From positions 1-46,566 of the forward strand of contig CAZDTP010000029.1 of assembly GCA_964508365.1 (NCBI GenBank): 46,566 bases of DNA. Direction: 5' to 3'. This stretch comes from an uncultured archaeon. GTDB taxonomy: Archaea > Asgardarchaeota > Lokiarchaeia > Sigyniarchaeales > SOKP01. The position numbers and the translations under genes are program-made. Numbering within the stretch: the stretch's first letter is position 1; each line of letters begins with the position of its first letter. The notes under the pieces are model-generated. The model was not told the DNA's origin. It searched no databases and worked only from the letters and a program-made list of their open reading frames with translations. Positions 46,390-46,566 of the stretch are shown piece after piece.

Positions 46390-46566
46390 CTTAAAGTTAT
46401 ATCCGTGGAGAATCTATTTAAATTTGATTTAATCGAATATTTTTAATTCCATCAATACTAAAAGATATATAAAAGAATACTGATTTAAAGTTAATTTTTT
46501 TAACCAGTTATTTTAAATTAGAATAAAATATTTCATGCATAATAGCTCACGTAAAAATTATTGGAG

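Noticed and set aside
1-46566. CRISPR arrays, transposases, integrases or phage genes
   Set aside because: I found no regularly spaced direct repeats, terminal inverted repeats or matching protein motifs.
1-46566. Selenocysteine or pyrrolysine read-through in the redox and methyltransferase genes
   Set aside because: The Fe-S and oxidoreductase ORFs appear full length with Cys ligands present. The in-frame TAG at 43815 lies in a fragment with further decay, so pseudogenisation is the simpler explanation.

Overview
An AT-rich archaeal chromosomal window, most consistent with an Asgard (Lokiarchaeia/Promethearchaeota-like) genome. The evidence is GAGGTGA Shine-Dalgarno motifs, Ftr, an archaeal Hsp20, an FrhB-type F420 module, AOR, BHB-intron tRNA and a longin/uDENN-like ORF; the assignment is inference. 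I count about 41 protein genes or fragments and see no CRISPR array or mobile element. Five things stand out. (1) A minus-strand tRNA-His(GUG) at 9344-9508 is split by three introns at non-canonical positions (15/16, 32/33, 45/46), each with its own bulge-helix-bulge motif. (2) A tandemly duplicated module pairs an ABC ATPase with a ~870-aa ABC-2-type permease fused to an intact CPBP/Rce1-like (CAAX-type) intramembrane protease. (3) A four-subunit 2-oxoacid:ferredoxin oxidoreductase operon ends in an FpoF/FrhB-like F420 module fused to a PyrK/NfnA-like FAD/NAD/[2Fe-2S] module. (4) A SuyAB/UxaA-like lyase, LutAB-like proteins, AOR, a PLP deaminase/aldolase and RidA form a catabolic cluster. (5) There is a receiver gene with no normal start codon, and a chimeric methyltransferase/MFS pseudogene relic. 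All calls come from motif recognition by eye; no searches were run.
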